From positions 62,558,001-62,622,000 of the forward strand of contig NC_073378.1 of NCBI RefSeq assembly GCF_028641065.1: a DNA stretch of 64,000 bases, written 5' to 3'. Of this stretch, positions 47,918 to 60,044 are shown piece by piece (the stretch's first letter is position 1; each line of letters opens with the position of its first letter). This DNA is from Leucoraja erinacea. Its lineage: Eukaryota. The position numbers and the translations under genes are program-made. Under the pieces are notes generated by a model. The model was not told the origin of the DNA. It did not search any database and saw only the letters and a list, made by a program, of their open reading frames with translations.

Positions 47918-49024
47918 TGAGATACATAGACAATAGGTGCAGGAGTAGGCCATTCGGCCCTTCGAGCCAGCACCGCCATTCAACGTGATCAAGGCTGATC
48001 ACATTTATTTACATTTGATTACATCAGTACCCAGTTCCTGCCTTCTCCCTATGCCCCTTGATTCTGCTAGCCCTAAGAGCTCTATCTAACTCGCTCGTGA
48101 ATGCATCCAGTGAATCGGCCTCCACTGCCTTCTCAGGCAGAGAATTCCACAAATTCACAACTCTCTGTGTGAAAAAGTTTTTCCTCATCTCAGTTCTAAA
48201 TGGCCCTCCCCTTATTCTTAAACTGTGGCCCATGGTTCTGGATTCCCCCAACATCGCGAACGTTTCCTGCATCCAGCGTGTCCAATCCCTTTACAATTTT
48301 ATATGTTTCTATAAGATCCCTCTCGTCCTTATTGAATATAAGCCCAGTCGCTCCATTCTTTCATCATATGACAGTCCTGTCATCCTGGGAATTAACCTTG
48401 TGAACCTATGCTTCACTCCCTCAATAGCAAGAATGTCCTTCCTCAAATTAGATCTAATGTTTAAGCAGGCATGTCGCTGCATTCAAATGTAGAAGTAAGG
48501 AACGACAGATGCTGGTTTGTAGAAAAGGATACAAACATTAGAGTAACTCAATGGGTCAGGCAGCACTGGAGAACATGGATCAGCTATGTTTTGTGTCAGG
48601 ACCCTTCTTCAGTGATACTGTGATGGGAATAACTTCTAAATATGCTTTGAAATGTCATCTGACATGAAATATTTATGCAATTATAGTACACAGATAATTA
48701 GCAGGGGCAGTGGCATGTGCTCCGAGATCAATGCCAGCTCCACCTGAGCATAAAACCCCTTAAGAATTTTGTAAGTTTCACACAGATAGTGGAGAATCTC
48801 TGGAATTCTCTGCCACAGAAGGTAGTTGAGGCCAGTTCGTTGGCTATATTTAAGAGGGAGTTAGATGTGGCCCTTGTGGCTAAGGGGATCAGGGGGTATG
48901 GAGAGAAGGCAGGTACAGGATACTGAGTTGGATGATCAGCCATGATCATAGTGAATGGCGGTGCAGGCTCGAAGGGCCAAATGGCCTGCTCCTGCACCTA
49001 TTTTCTATGTTTCTATGTTTCTAT
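47918..49024. mobile_element. CR1 3' fragments (47918-48450 minus; 48775-49024 plus) and a Penelope-derived piece (~48495-48612)
   Basis: FFTQRVVNLWNSLP motifs; (TTTCTATG)n tails. Confidence 0.8.
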
Positions 49025-49124
49025 CCCCCCTTCAGTACAATACCAATTATATGCTAAAATTGCTGACAATACTTTTCACTGTGGTAATTAACCACATTAC
49101 AGATGTCGTACATGTCGACCAAAA

Positions 49125-50620
49125 GTGAAACAACTTCACTTCGATGAGATGGTAGCAAATTTCCTTCCAATTTCACCAGATCTTGCTGGGTCCTTTGTTC
49201 TGGATCACAAGGCGTTGCTGGCCATTCTGGAGCTAAACACAGTTATTCCCCCAATGGCAGTCTCTAGAGGCAGTAGTGACTTATTTTCCTGCCTCAATTT
49301 GACCATGACACAGAATATAAGATTTCAAAATAAAGTTCTATGGTTGACACCCTTTCAAGATGACCTCATGGGGAAGCCAGAACACACAATAAATGTACTC
49401 TGCATGCAATAAAAGACAATTATCCTGACAGAGCAGTGGAAATAAATGGTAAAGAACCGATGTTAAGGCAAGAGTATAAACACACATTTCAGAGGATGAT
49501 CCAATCTGAATGAAGTCATGAAATTGTTCCAGTGTAGATGCTATGAACTAAGGTTGCATAAAATGGTGGCAGAGGAAAGGTTGGCCAAAGGATTCACCAA
49601 GCATAGTTATGTCAGAGCTGCATACCAACCACTTGAGTGGAGGATAATATGAAGGCAGAGGATGGAGGATTTGTTTACCATCCACCAAAAGCTAAGAGAG
49701 AGATGTGCAGGAAAGAACCGCAGATGCTGGTTTAAATCGAAAAGTAGACACAAAATGCTGGAGTCACTCAGCGGGACAGGCAGCATTTCTGGAGAGAAGG
49801 AATGGGTGACATTTCAGGTCGAGACACTTCTTCTGCCTGATAGAAGTCTGATCAGGCTGAAGAAGGGTCTCAACCCGAAACGTCACCCATTCCTTCTCTC
49901 CAGGGATGCTGCCTGTCCCCCTGATTTATTCCAGCATTTTGTGTCTACTAAGAGAGAGATGATCTCACTAGAACACAGCCTTGTCAAGCACCCACTGTGT
50001 GGGAGTGAAGTACAAAATTGTTGAATTGTGTAGACACAAAATGCTGGAGTAGCTCAGCGGGACAGGCAACATCTCTGGAGAGAAGGAATGGGTGATGTTT
50101 CGGGTTGAGACCCTTCGTCAGACAGATGATTGTGTCAATTATTTGTTAATTGACAGGCATTCAAAGTATTAGAAGTATAGCCAATGGGGTCATGCGTCTC
50201 CAGAGAAGGAACAATAGGGGAATTAACATTTAATTTTGCTACATGGTCTTCTGGAACAAGTCGTATGAAATAATGTTTAGATGATTTCAATTTGAACAAT
50301 TTATGAAGAGCAAATAAAACAGCAGAAATGAAATAAAAACAAATAAAGTAAGATTTTGCTTCTCACCACTCATTCTTCAAAGGGGGAAACAATTGTATAA
50401 TAAAGAGAGCTGTGAAGATCCAGGTCCGGGAATGTCACAATGAATCATGCACAGGCTGAACTGGTTTTAATGCTATCAAACAAACCACTTGCCACAACAG
50501 GATACATGGTGGAAATGACAGTGCATGAGAGGCTCAGGACATCCGGCATATACAGCATCATTTGGAACAAAAAGTTGAGGGAGGACAGTTTAGAGAGAGC
50601 AAGCTTTGCAACTCATGCAA
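49125..50620 (+). mobile_element. Ancient Ty3/Gypsy pol relic (RNase H to integrase), interrupted by Penelope-derived units
   Basis: Degenerate in-order motifs FVLDHKALLAIL...IPPMAVSR, VMSELH, LIDRHSK.LEV, FAT.GLLEQVV, FEQFMKS, ERAVK, PLATTG. Confidence 0.6.
49706..49947. mobile_element. Palindromic Penelope-derived element
   Basis: Inverted arms, CTGAAGAAGGGTCTCAACCCGAAACGTC core; 14-bp TSD CTAAGAGAGAGATG (49692-49705, 49948-49961). Confidence 0.82.
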
Positions 50621-51239
50621 GTACACCATTACTTTGCAACTCAAGCAAGTACACCATCCGGCATTCAGAAGTGAAAAGAAGGAGGAGCAGTGAACTCCTC
50701 AAATAATTATTTTGTGAACATTGACGAGAAATTCAAACGGACATAAACTACTTGTTCCCAGCATGTGATGCTCAGATGAATAACAAAGACCCTGAGAACA
50801 AAGATGTTCATGAAGGGAATACCCCAAATCCTCTCAATGTCGGCAAGACAAAGGCGAGAGTAATCTACTTCAGGAAGCGACAGAGTACACATGCCTGGCA
50901 TAGGCGGAAATCGCTTTTAAAACAGGGGGCGGACACAATGAGGCCTGACATCTGTAGATCAATCACTGTTAGCTGATCGGATCCATGTCGGGTTTTACTG
51001 TTGTGCACCTGATCCGTAATCCACTTCGAGTTTCCACTATGTCATCTGGTGTGCTGGTTTGGTTACTTGTCAGATTCATCCTGGAGTTCGAACCTACAAC
51101 AGTTATGTACACTTGCTCTATGTGTTCTGCTAATAGTGAACTTATATATGAAGTTGAATGACTTGGTATTTATACAACTTCCAACATGGTGTCAGAAGTA
51201 AGGGAGTGACCTTTCGGATCAATATTAATGGCTATTTTC

Positions 51240-52510
51240 CACAGTCCACAGTCAGTTCGAATTGGCAGAAACACTTCATCCCCAGTAACAATCAGTACAG
51301 GAGCACCTCAAGGCTGCGTGCTCAGCCCGCTGCTTTATTCTCTCGATACCCATGACTGCGTAGCCGGTCATAGTGCGAACTCCATCATCAAGTTCGCCGA
51401 CAACACCACTGTTGTTGGGCAAATCACAGATTGTGATGAGTCAGAGTATAGAAGTGAGATCGACCAATTGACCAAATGGTGCCAGCACAACAACCTGGCT
51501 CTCAACATCAGTAAAACCAAGGAACTGATTGTGGACTTTGGAAGGGGAAGGATGAGGACCCACAATCCTGTTTACATCAATGGGACGATGGTGGAGAGGG
51601 TCAGAAACTTCAAATTCATGCATATTTCCGAAGATCTTTCCTAGACCCAGCACACTGATGCAATTATAAAGAAGGCGCATCAGCGACTTACTTCCTAAGA
51701 AGGTTATGAAGATTCAGCATGTGAAAGAGGATTCTACTGAACCGGGGCATGCAGGCGACCTGGGCATTACAGCCAGACCTGAGGCAAGCGAGCCGACCTG
51801 GGTGATACAACCAGTCCTGAGGCACGCAGGCGACCTGGGCATTACAGCCAGACCTGGAGCAAGCGAGCCGACCTGGGAACTGCAGCTAGTCCCAGGCTGC
51901 TGGATTCTGGGAGCTGGCGGTGTCCAACTAGAATGGACCTGAGGGCTCCGGTCGCTGAGCCTGTGGATATACCATCACAGAGCTGGCTGATTTTGAAGGC
52001 TGTGGTGGCGTTGCGGTTGCGACTCGACTTAGGAGGCTTCGACCACGGGCCCTGTGGACGCCTGGGCGGGAACATCAGGAGCTTGCAGGTCCCTGGTTGG
52101 TGACCGACTTTCGGGAGCTCCAGCAGCAGCAACTTCATCCGCCCCGAATCGAGGGGCTTGAATCGGCCCATTCGCGGGGCCTTTCATCGCCCAGCACGGT
52201 TTAAAATCGGCCATGAGATTTACCATCGCCCGGCGGGAGGGCTTCAACATCGAGAGCCTCGATCCCCTTGACGCAGCAGTAGAAAACATTTTATCAGGAT
52301 TAATCACAGCACGGTTTGTGAACAGCTCCATCCAAGATCGCAAGAAATCGCTGAGAATTATGAACGCAGCCCAGACCATCGCACAAACCAACCTCCCTTC
52401 CATCGACTCCATCAACACCTCATGCTGCCCCTGCAAGGCCACCAGCATAATCAAGGATGTCTCGCTGACATTGTATCGTGGTACACATGACAATAAACTA
52501 AACTAAACTC
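51240..52510 (+). mobile_element. Rex1-like LINE fragment with GC-rich insert (~51740-52275)
   Basis: ISTGAPQGCVLSPLLYSLDTHDC...IIKFADNTTVVG...LALNISKTKELIVDF; resumes AVENILSGLIT...; AATAAACTAAACTAAACT tail. Confidence 0.85.
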
Positions 52511-53056
52511 AATACACAAGAACCAAAATGTACTGAAGAGAGTCAAAACAAGATCATATCTATGAGTTCATCAAAATCAGCAGTAGTATTATGTAAAGAG
52601 TACAGTAATACAAAGTCTGTAATTCAGACGAATAAAGAAATGTGCTAAATCAGTTTTATTTTAAATAAAAGGTGAGGCAGTGTGGTACAGTAAACTCTTA
52701 ATTTTCAGAGGAATGTGATCTGGAAGTAGCTGCGAATCCCAGAAACCAGGGATATGATTTTTATGTAAGTGCAGAAATCAAAGTATGTATGTAAAGTGTA
52801 ATCATAATGTAATGTAACTCAGTTAATAAACTTACCATAATGTTTAACTATAACAATCAAGTATTGTGCTGGTAAGTCTGCTGTTTGCTGCTTCAGTGGC
52901 AGTGGCTAATTATCAGCCATAAATGAAAAACAAACCCCACACTTGTTTTGACAAGCTCAAACATATAAATCATTCATTGAATTACCCTTATTGATGGAAA
53001 GGCCAGATGGAAGGGCATCATTAAGCCAATTAGCTGGAGTAAATAGCATTCATTTT

Positions 53057-53147
53057 CTGAAGAAGGGTTTCGGCCCGAAACGTCGCCTATTTCCTTCGCT
53101 CCATAGGTGCTGCCTCACCCGCTGAGTTTCTCCGACATTTTTGTCTA
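53057..53147 (+). mobile_element. Penelope-derived short element (subfamily 2) with hammerhead-like core
   Basis: CTGAAGA A GGGT-TTCG-GCCC GAAAC GTC; TSD CATTCATTTTC (53047-53057, 53148-53158). Confidence 0.78.
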
Positions 53148-54231
53148 CATTCATTTTCATAAATCAGTTTGAACATTGGCAAGAGTCTCTGTTAAATTAT
53201 TGATATTACATTGCCCCAAGTAATTTCTAGAAATTGTTTAATCCACTGAGATATTGACTGTGAATTTGCAAAATTGCCAAAGTGAAACATGCAAATGTAA
53301 ATGGTTTATTGTACGTTGTTTTTTGTGTAATGATTGTTAATAAAAACTTGTCATTGTTTCAAGGATTGTATTGTATTATCTGGTCTATATTTTGTCCCAG
53401 GGTGAGCCTGTAACTAGCCTTTAAATAATCCACACACATACCTTGTCTGAGAGCCTTGTTTCTCAGTTGCATACACTCTACAATGGACTTTATTCAAGAC
53501 TGAGAAACCATTGCGCATGGACATGTCGCAACCATAATTAATTTCTCTTTTTATAATCTTGAAAACATCTATTTGATCATTTCAAAATGTGTGCTTTTTG
53601 AAAGAAAACCACCATCTATAATCCTGATGAATTTTTGTTTCTGAAGTTGGAGTTATTTTTGTTGTTTGACTATCTACTCTCTCAAGAGACCATAACAGCT
53701 TTCACCAAGCCAATTTTGTGGTCAGCAGCTTGGTTCCGGCCAATTGGAATTTAGCAGGAGTTGTGAAATTGGCAGCTGGTGGTGGTTCCGTTCTTGCAAA
53801 AACATTTCTGTGATTTTAAAATCCAGCTTCATCCCCATGGAATGTTTTATAATGCATTCTGAAGCAAGAGCTTCATTTAGGATGCAGATGGCACAGAGGG
53901 GGTTGATTAGCAACTAAAAGATATATTTCCAGCCCTCATTAATGAGATGTGTGAAGAAAAACTAAGGGCAATGAATTGGCTTATTTTGATAAATAGCAAG
54001 ATTGAAAATCTAATGGACAAGTCAATAGCTGGATGAATGAGATGAGTTGCCAATGAGAGATATTGGAGAGTCGCTGAGTAAGAATTGATAACTGTGCATG
54101 GAATATTATGAAACGGTTGAAGTAGCAGCAAGCTTATTTGCATCGAACAGCAGACATCAGCAGCATGAGGTACAGCATTTAAAAAAATCTAATAATTAAA
54201 ACTGAAAAATTGAGATGAGATTACATTTGGT

Positions 54232-54855
54232 CATTCATAGCAAAAGGATTTGAGTATTGGAGCAGGGAGGTTCTACTGCAGTTGTACAGGGTCTTGGTGA
54301 GACCACACCTGGAGTACTGTGTACAGCTTTGGTCTCCAAATCTGAGGAAATACATTCTTGCCATAGAGGGAGTACAGAGAAGGTTCACCAGACTGATTCC
54401 TGGGATGTCAGGACTTTCATATGAAGAAAGACTGGATAGACTCGGCTTGTACTCACCAGAATTTAGGAGATTGAGAGGGGATCTTATCGAAACTTACAAA
54501 ATTCTTAAGGGGTTGGACAGGCTAGATGCAGGAAGATTGTTCCCAATGTTGGGAAAGTCCAGGACAAGGGGTCACAGTTTAAGGATAAAGGGGAAATCAT
54601 TTAGGACTGAAATGAGAAAAACATTTTTCACACAGTGAGTGGTGAATCTCTAGAACTCTCTGCCACTAAGGTAGTTGAGGCCAGTTCATTGGCCATATTT
54701 AGATGTGGCCCTTGTGGCTAAAGGGATCAGGGGGTATGGAGAGAAGGCAGGTACAGGATACTGAGTTGGATGATCAGCCATGATCATATTGAATGGCGGT
54801 GCAGGTTCGAAGGGCCGAATGGCCTACTCCTGCACCTAGTTTCTATGTTTCTATG
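54232..54855 (+). mobile_element. CR1-like LINE 3' fragment
   Basis: ORF 54282-54638; TTCTATGTTTCTATG tail. Confidence 0.9.
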
Positions 54856-55508
54856 TCATTTGAAATCTGTTGCTGGATTCCACTTTAAATGTATTATGAT
54901 TTCTAATTGTGTTTTGAACAGTCTTTTTCTTTTCCGTGTAATGTAGAATGTATGTGTAATTTGTATGTAATTTAAGTTTCTGTGTGTTTTCTGAGTCTGT
55001 GCATGTGATCCTGCAGCAAGCAAGATTTTCATTGCACCTGCTTCTCACTTTACTTGTGCATATGCCAATAAACTTGACTTGACTGAGCTCGTTAGATTTT
55101 ACAAGTACATCCAATATAATTAATTTAAATTGGTTCCTGGTGCTTGCAATATCTTGTTTATGGCTCCTGGGTCACTGGGAGTAACTCATTTGAAACTACA
55201 AGTATTCTTAATTTTATACCAGCTCTGAAAAATGATGTTAATTGCTTGCTTCAGTGTTTTATCCTGGTCCTCATCAACAAAGTAGCTCATCAAAGTATTT
55301 GGTTTGACTAATGACTTTTGGGGCCTGCACATAATGATGATTGAGAGCTTCAGTTTTCTGTGATTTTGTTTTTAGAAAATGAAATAATAATTAATATACT
55401 TTAAAAATAGATCAAAGACAGTGTTACAAAAATTAGAGCTTCTACAGTTTTCCACCTTTTCTAAATAGAGATTAATATTGATAGAGTGATGAAGTCACGT
55501 CAATCTAT

Positions 55509-56061
55509 GTGTTTAAGAGGGAACTGCAGATGCTGGAGAATCGAAGGTTACACAGAAAAGCTGGAGAAACTCAGCGGGTGCAGCAGCAGCTATGGAGCGA
55601 AGGAAATAGGCAACGTTTCGGGCCGAAACCCTTCCTCAGACTGATCAGGGGTGGGGGTGGGTGGGGACAAGAAAGGGAAAAGGAGGAGTAGCCGGAAGGC
55701 TGGAGGGTGGGAGGAGACAGCAGGGGAGCTGAGGAAGGGGAGGAGACAGCAAGGACTAACAGAATTGGGAGAAGTCGATGTTCATGCCCCCGGGGTGCAG
55801 ACTCCCCAAACGGAATATGAGGTGCTGTTCCTCCAATTTCCGGTGCTGCTCGCTGTGGCCATGGAGGAGACCCAGGACAGAGAGGTCGGAGGCGGAGTGG
55901 GAGGGGGAGTTGAAGTGCTGAGCCACCGGGAGGTCAGCTTGGTTATTGCGGACCGAGCGGAGGTGTTCGGCGAAACGTTTCGTGCCGAAACTTTGCCTAT
56001 TTCCTTCGCTCCATAGATGCTGCTGCACCCGCTGAGTCTCTCCAGCTTTTCTGTGTAACCT
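55509..56061 (-). mobile_element. Penelope-like element, 5'-truncated with inverted terminal copy
   Basis: GIY-YIG C-terminal RFAEHLRSVR...PVAQHFNS.SHS...RKLEEQHLIFRLG.L.P.GMNIDFS; ~85-bp inverted ends; 14-bp TSD TCACGTCAATCTAT (55495-55508, 56062-56075). Confidence 0.9.
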
Positions 56062-56149
56062 TCACGTCAATCTATTGTGGTTTCAAACTGAGATTGATCC
56101 AAACAGGTTTTTTTCCACTGGCAGCAGGCAATGAGAATATTAAACAGGA

Positions 56150-57378
56150 GGGATATCAATATCCCAGCAGGCAGGTTTGCTAGTGCTAAATGGGCGGCTT
56201 CAAACTAGATTGGCAGAGTGGAATCTCACAGAACCATGGCAGGTAAGAGGCTAGAAGTTGTAATAGAGGGTAATGAGAGAACGTATAGAGAGCATGGACA
56301 GGAGTAAGTCAGGGAGTGACGAAGGAATAGCGTCATAGAGTGATACAGTGTGGAAACGGGGATTTGTCCCAACTTGCCCACATCGGTAAACATGTCCCAG
56401 CTGCATTAGTCCCACCTGTCTGCCCTTGGTTCATGTCCCTCCAAACCTGTCCTATCCATGTTGTATTAAATTACACTTATTTCAATGCAAGAGGCCTGAC
56501 GGGTAAAGGCAGGTGAGCTTAGGGCAAAGGCTGGTACGTGTGACTGGGACGTGTAGCCATTACAGAAACCTGGATAAGAGCGGGTCAGGACTGGCAGCTC
56601 AATGTTCCAGGGTACAGGTGCTTCAGGAGAGACAGGGTTGAGGGTAAAAGAGGAGGGGGGGTGGTGGTTGCTTAAGGAGGATGTCACGGCAGTGGTCAGG
56701 GGTAACGTTACAGATGGTTTGTCTAGTGAGGCTATACTAGACAAAGAAAGGGACCATCTGATTCGGGATGTACTACAGGGCCCCAAAATAGTCAACAAGA
56801 ATTAGAAGTGCAAGTGTGCCAGGAGATTGCAAGCAGCTGCAGGTCTATATGCTATGGTTGTCGTGCTAGGGTATTTAAACTTTCCCAATATTGACTGGGA
56901 ATATCATAATGCGAAAGATTTAGACGGGGTGGATTTGTTAAATGTGTTCAGTACTGTTTCTTCCGGCAATACCTAGAGGGTCCCACACAAGAGAGGGCAA
57001 CGCTTGATCTAGTCTTGGGAAAATGGGAAGGGCCAGTGGATGAAGTGTTCATGGTTGAGCCTTTAGGGATCAGCGACCACTGTTTTGTTACGTTTAAGAT
57101 AGTTATGTTTCGGGACAAAGCGGGCCTACGAGTTAAAATGCTCTATTGAGGTAAGGCTAACTTTGAGGATGTGAGACAGGAACTCGCTCAAGTTGATTGG
57201 AGTAGGTTGTTTGAAGAAAGGAAGGTCAGGAAAATGTGGTGTTTTTAAAAGTGTGCTGATAAGAGTTTAGGACATGCATGTCGGTGTTAGAGTTCAGGAC
57301 ATGCACATCCGTGTTAGGGTGAAGGACACACACATCTGTGTTAGAGTGAAGGACAAGGCAGGCAAATGTAAGAAAACA
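56150..57378 (+). mobile_element. CR1 ORF1-end/endonuclease fragment (homologous to 27840-28865) with nested CR1 tail at ~56335-56465
   Basis: gcaggcaggtttgctagtgcta..., YFNARGL...AITETW, FNFPNIDW; ~27-bp tandem triplication at 57270-57355. Confidence 0.8.
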
Positions 57379-58615
57379 CTAGACTAAGTCGGACCCGTTG
57401 GGTCCCAGCATCACACGGGAGGGCTGGTCTCCCAACACAATATTCCATCTCTCCACCAATTCCAATATTGGAGGCCAGTGGGGAGAGGGGAGGGGGCTTT
57501 CTGGAGCGCTAGTACGGGTGTTGTGGGCTGAAAGGTCTGGTTTCCGGAGGGCTAGTATGGACATTGTGGGCCGAATGGATTCTTGGGCTGGCAGCTCACT
57601 TACTCACGGCTGATGGGCTGGCAGTTGACGCATGGCTATTCCTTGAAATTCCATTTCAAGCAGGGTGTAAGGCCACCAAATTCAAGTGCAGTTACCACCG
57701 CAAGCAGAGTGCAAGGCCACCATTCAAGTGCAGTTTCATATCATTTCAAGCAGGGTGCAAGGCCACTAAAGACAGCGAGTCATGACCTCTCCATCCTCCA
57801 TCTTGCAGAGACTGAGCCACACCCACACTTCTAGGTTTTATAGACCCCCCCTCTCCCACCAGAAGGGGCATGGCCTTCTTGGCGTGATTGACAGGAGAGC
57901 GAATCTCACCATTTTTTAAACACTAATAACTCTTTTATTTTTCATTGATGGGACAAATCCTTGGCACCTGATGAGCGGAGGGGGACTCCGAGTAAGATGG
58001 CCAAAAATCACAGCTGTACGTGGTAGCGTTTTTTCTAAAATCAATATAAAGCGCAAACAGGAAGTGGTCAAGATTTGTCTTTTAATTATATAGAGGGCAA
58101 GGCACCTTTAATTTGGCAAAGCAACTTTAATTAGGCAAGGCAACTTTAATTAGGCAAGGCAACTTTAATTAGGCAACACAGCTTTAGCATTTCCAAGCCA
58201 AAGGCAACACAGCTTTAGCATTTCCAAACTATATTCTCAAACCACATTAAGGGAACTGACAGTAAAACCACTCACAGTTTAGTCGACATGTGTTCAGTGT
58301 TATTCACAGCTCAGACTGAGAGACATGACCCTCTCGCTCCCCATCTTGCGGAGACTGATTGAGGCACTCAACACTTCCGGGTTTTATAGTCCCTTCGGAA
58401 GAGGCGTGGCCTTCAGGAGAGAGAATCTCAACATTTTTTAAACACTAACAACTCTTTTATTTTTCATAGATGGGAAAAACCCTCTTGTTCTGCGCAGCGG
58501 AGGGGGACTCTGAGTGAGACAGCCAAAAATCACAGCCGCAAGTGGCAGCGTTGTTTCTAAAATCAATATACAGAACAACAGGAAGTGGTCAAGATCAGAC
58601 TTTTAATAATATAGA
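57379..58615 (-). mobile_element. Non-autonomous Helitron
   Basis: Minus strand A|TCTATATTATTAAAAG...GGACCC-AAC-GGGTCC hairpin-GACTTAGTCTAG|T; no TSD; inserted at AT inside a CR1. Confidence 0.82.
58096..58225 (+). repeat. Minisatellites within the Helitron
   Basis: About 4 copies of 19-bp GGCAAGGCAACTTTAATTA, then 2 copies of AGGCAACACAGCTTTAGCATTTCCAA. Confidence 0.85.
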
Positions 58616-58639
58616 TGGATGATGTTTGATGATGTTTTG

Positions 58640-59620
58640 GTGGGGGGAAGAGAGGAGGGTCAGGATAAAGCCTGGCAAGTGATGGGTGATACAGGAAGAG
58701 AGTGCTGGAATGCTGGAGAGTTAACTAAATTAGAGAATTTGATGTTCATGGATTGAAAGCTACCCAAACAGAATACAAGGAGAATACAAGGAGCTGCTCA
58801 TCTAGTCTGCATGTAACCTCACTCTGATAATGGAGGTGGCCCAGGACAGAAAAGCCAGTATGGGAATGGGAGTTTAAATGGTTAGCAAACGGGAGATGCA
58901 GGAGGCGTTGGCGGACTGACTGCTGAGTGTACACTTGGTTTCACTAACGTAAAGATCAGGAACACTAAATGCAGTAGATGGGGATAGAGGAGGTGCATGT
59001 GAACCTCTGTCTCAGCTGTAAGGACTGCTGGGGTCACTGTATCGATATGAGGAACAGAGACGGTCGTTATTTCTCCTGGGGGAGGGGTTAGTTTGGGTGG
59101 GAGGGAATGCATGAACAAATGAATTGTGGAAAGAGTGGCCTCTGCAGAAGGCAGAAAGGAGTGGGGGTGGGAAGATGTGACTGGTGGTGGAATCACGTTG
59201 GAGGTGGTGGAAATGTTGGAGAATGATGTGTTGGATGCGGAGGCTGACGGGGTGAAAGGCAGGAACCAGGTGAATTCTACTCTTGTTTTGTTTAAGGGAG
59301 GGGAAAGCAAGAGCAGAACTACAGAACCCAGGAGACATGGGTGAGGGAACCATATATGACACCAGGGAGCAAACATGTTTACTAAAGACAAAGAACATCT
59401 TGGATGTTCTATAATGAAAAGCCTCATCTTTGGAACAGATGCAGCAGAGACAGAGAAATTGAGAGTAGGGAATAGTGTCTTTGTAAGTGGCAGAGTGAGA
59501 GGAGGTGTAGTCCAGATAACTGTGGGAGTCGGTGGGTTTGTAGTAGACATCAGTCGATAGTCTGTCCCTTGTGATGGAGACAGAGATCAAGGAAGGAGAG
59601 AGGGATGTCAGAGATAGACT
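58640..59620 (-). mobile_element. Degenerate Penelope-like RT thumb/GIY-YIG fragment
   Basis: LSTDVYYKPTDSHSYLDYTSSH...IPYSQFL...ICS; LPFANHLNS.SH. Confidence 0.85.
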
Positions 59621-60044
59621 TTACTTTTAATAATACGGTTTGATAGTTTAAGATGTCTTAATAGAATTGTTTAGAGCCTCAGTGAGATTCCACCTGGATT
59701 TCTGTGCAGTGTTGACTTCGTTACCTAAAAAGAATATGCTTTCCATTGACGGAATTCAATAAAGATTCAATAGATTTGTTCCAGCGATAGCAGATTTGCT
59801 GTATGACTAGTCAATTTTCAACAGCTCAGCATATTTAATAAAATTGTGTGAACAAAATGCTCACCAGTTACTTATAAAAGCCAATTTTAGAGATCACATC
59901 AGTCACCTATTAGTTGCTATGATGCTTTGGAAGAAGGTCAAAGCCTTAGAGGACTTTTCTTCAAAGCAGTCATAGAGCAGCTGGAAAAAGGCTACCGTAG
60001 AGATGAGGAAAATCCTTGGGAAGGTGGGATTATTGGCTTGGAGG

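Noticed and set aside
58096-58225. CRISPR-like repeat array
   Set aside because: Head-to-tail minisatellite without unique spacers, in eukaryotic TE context.
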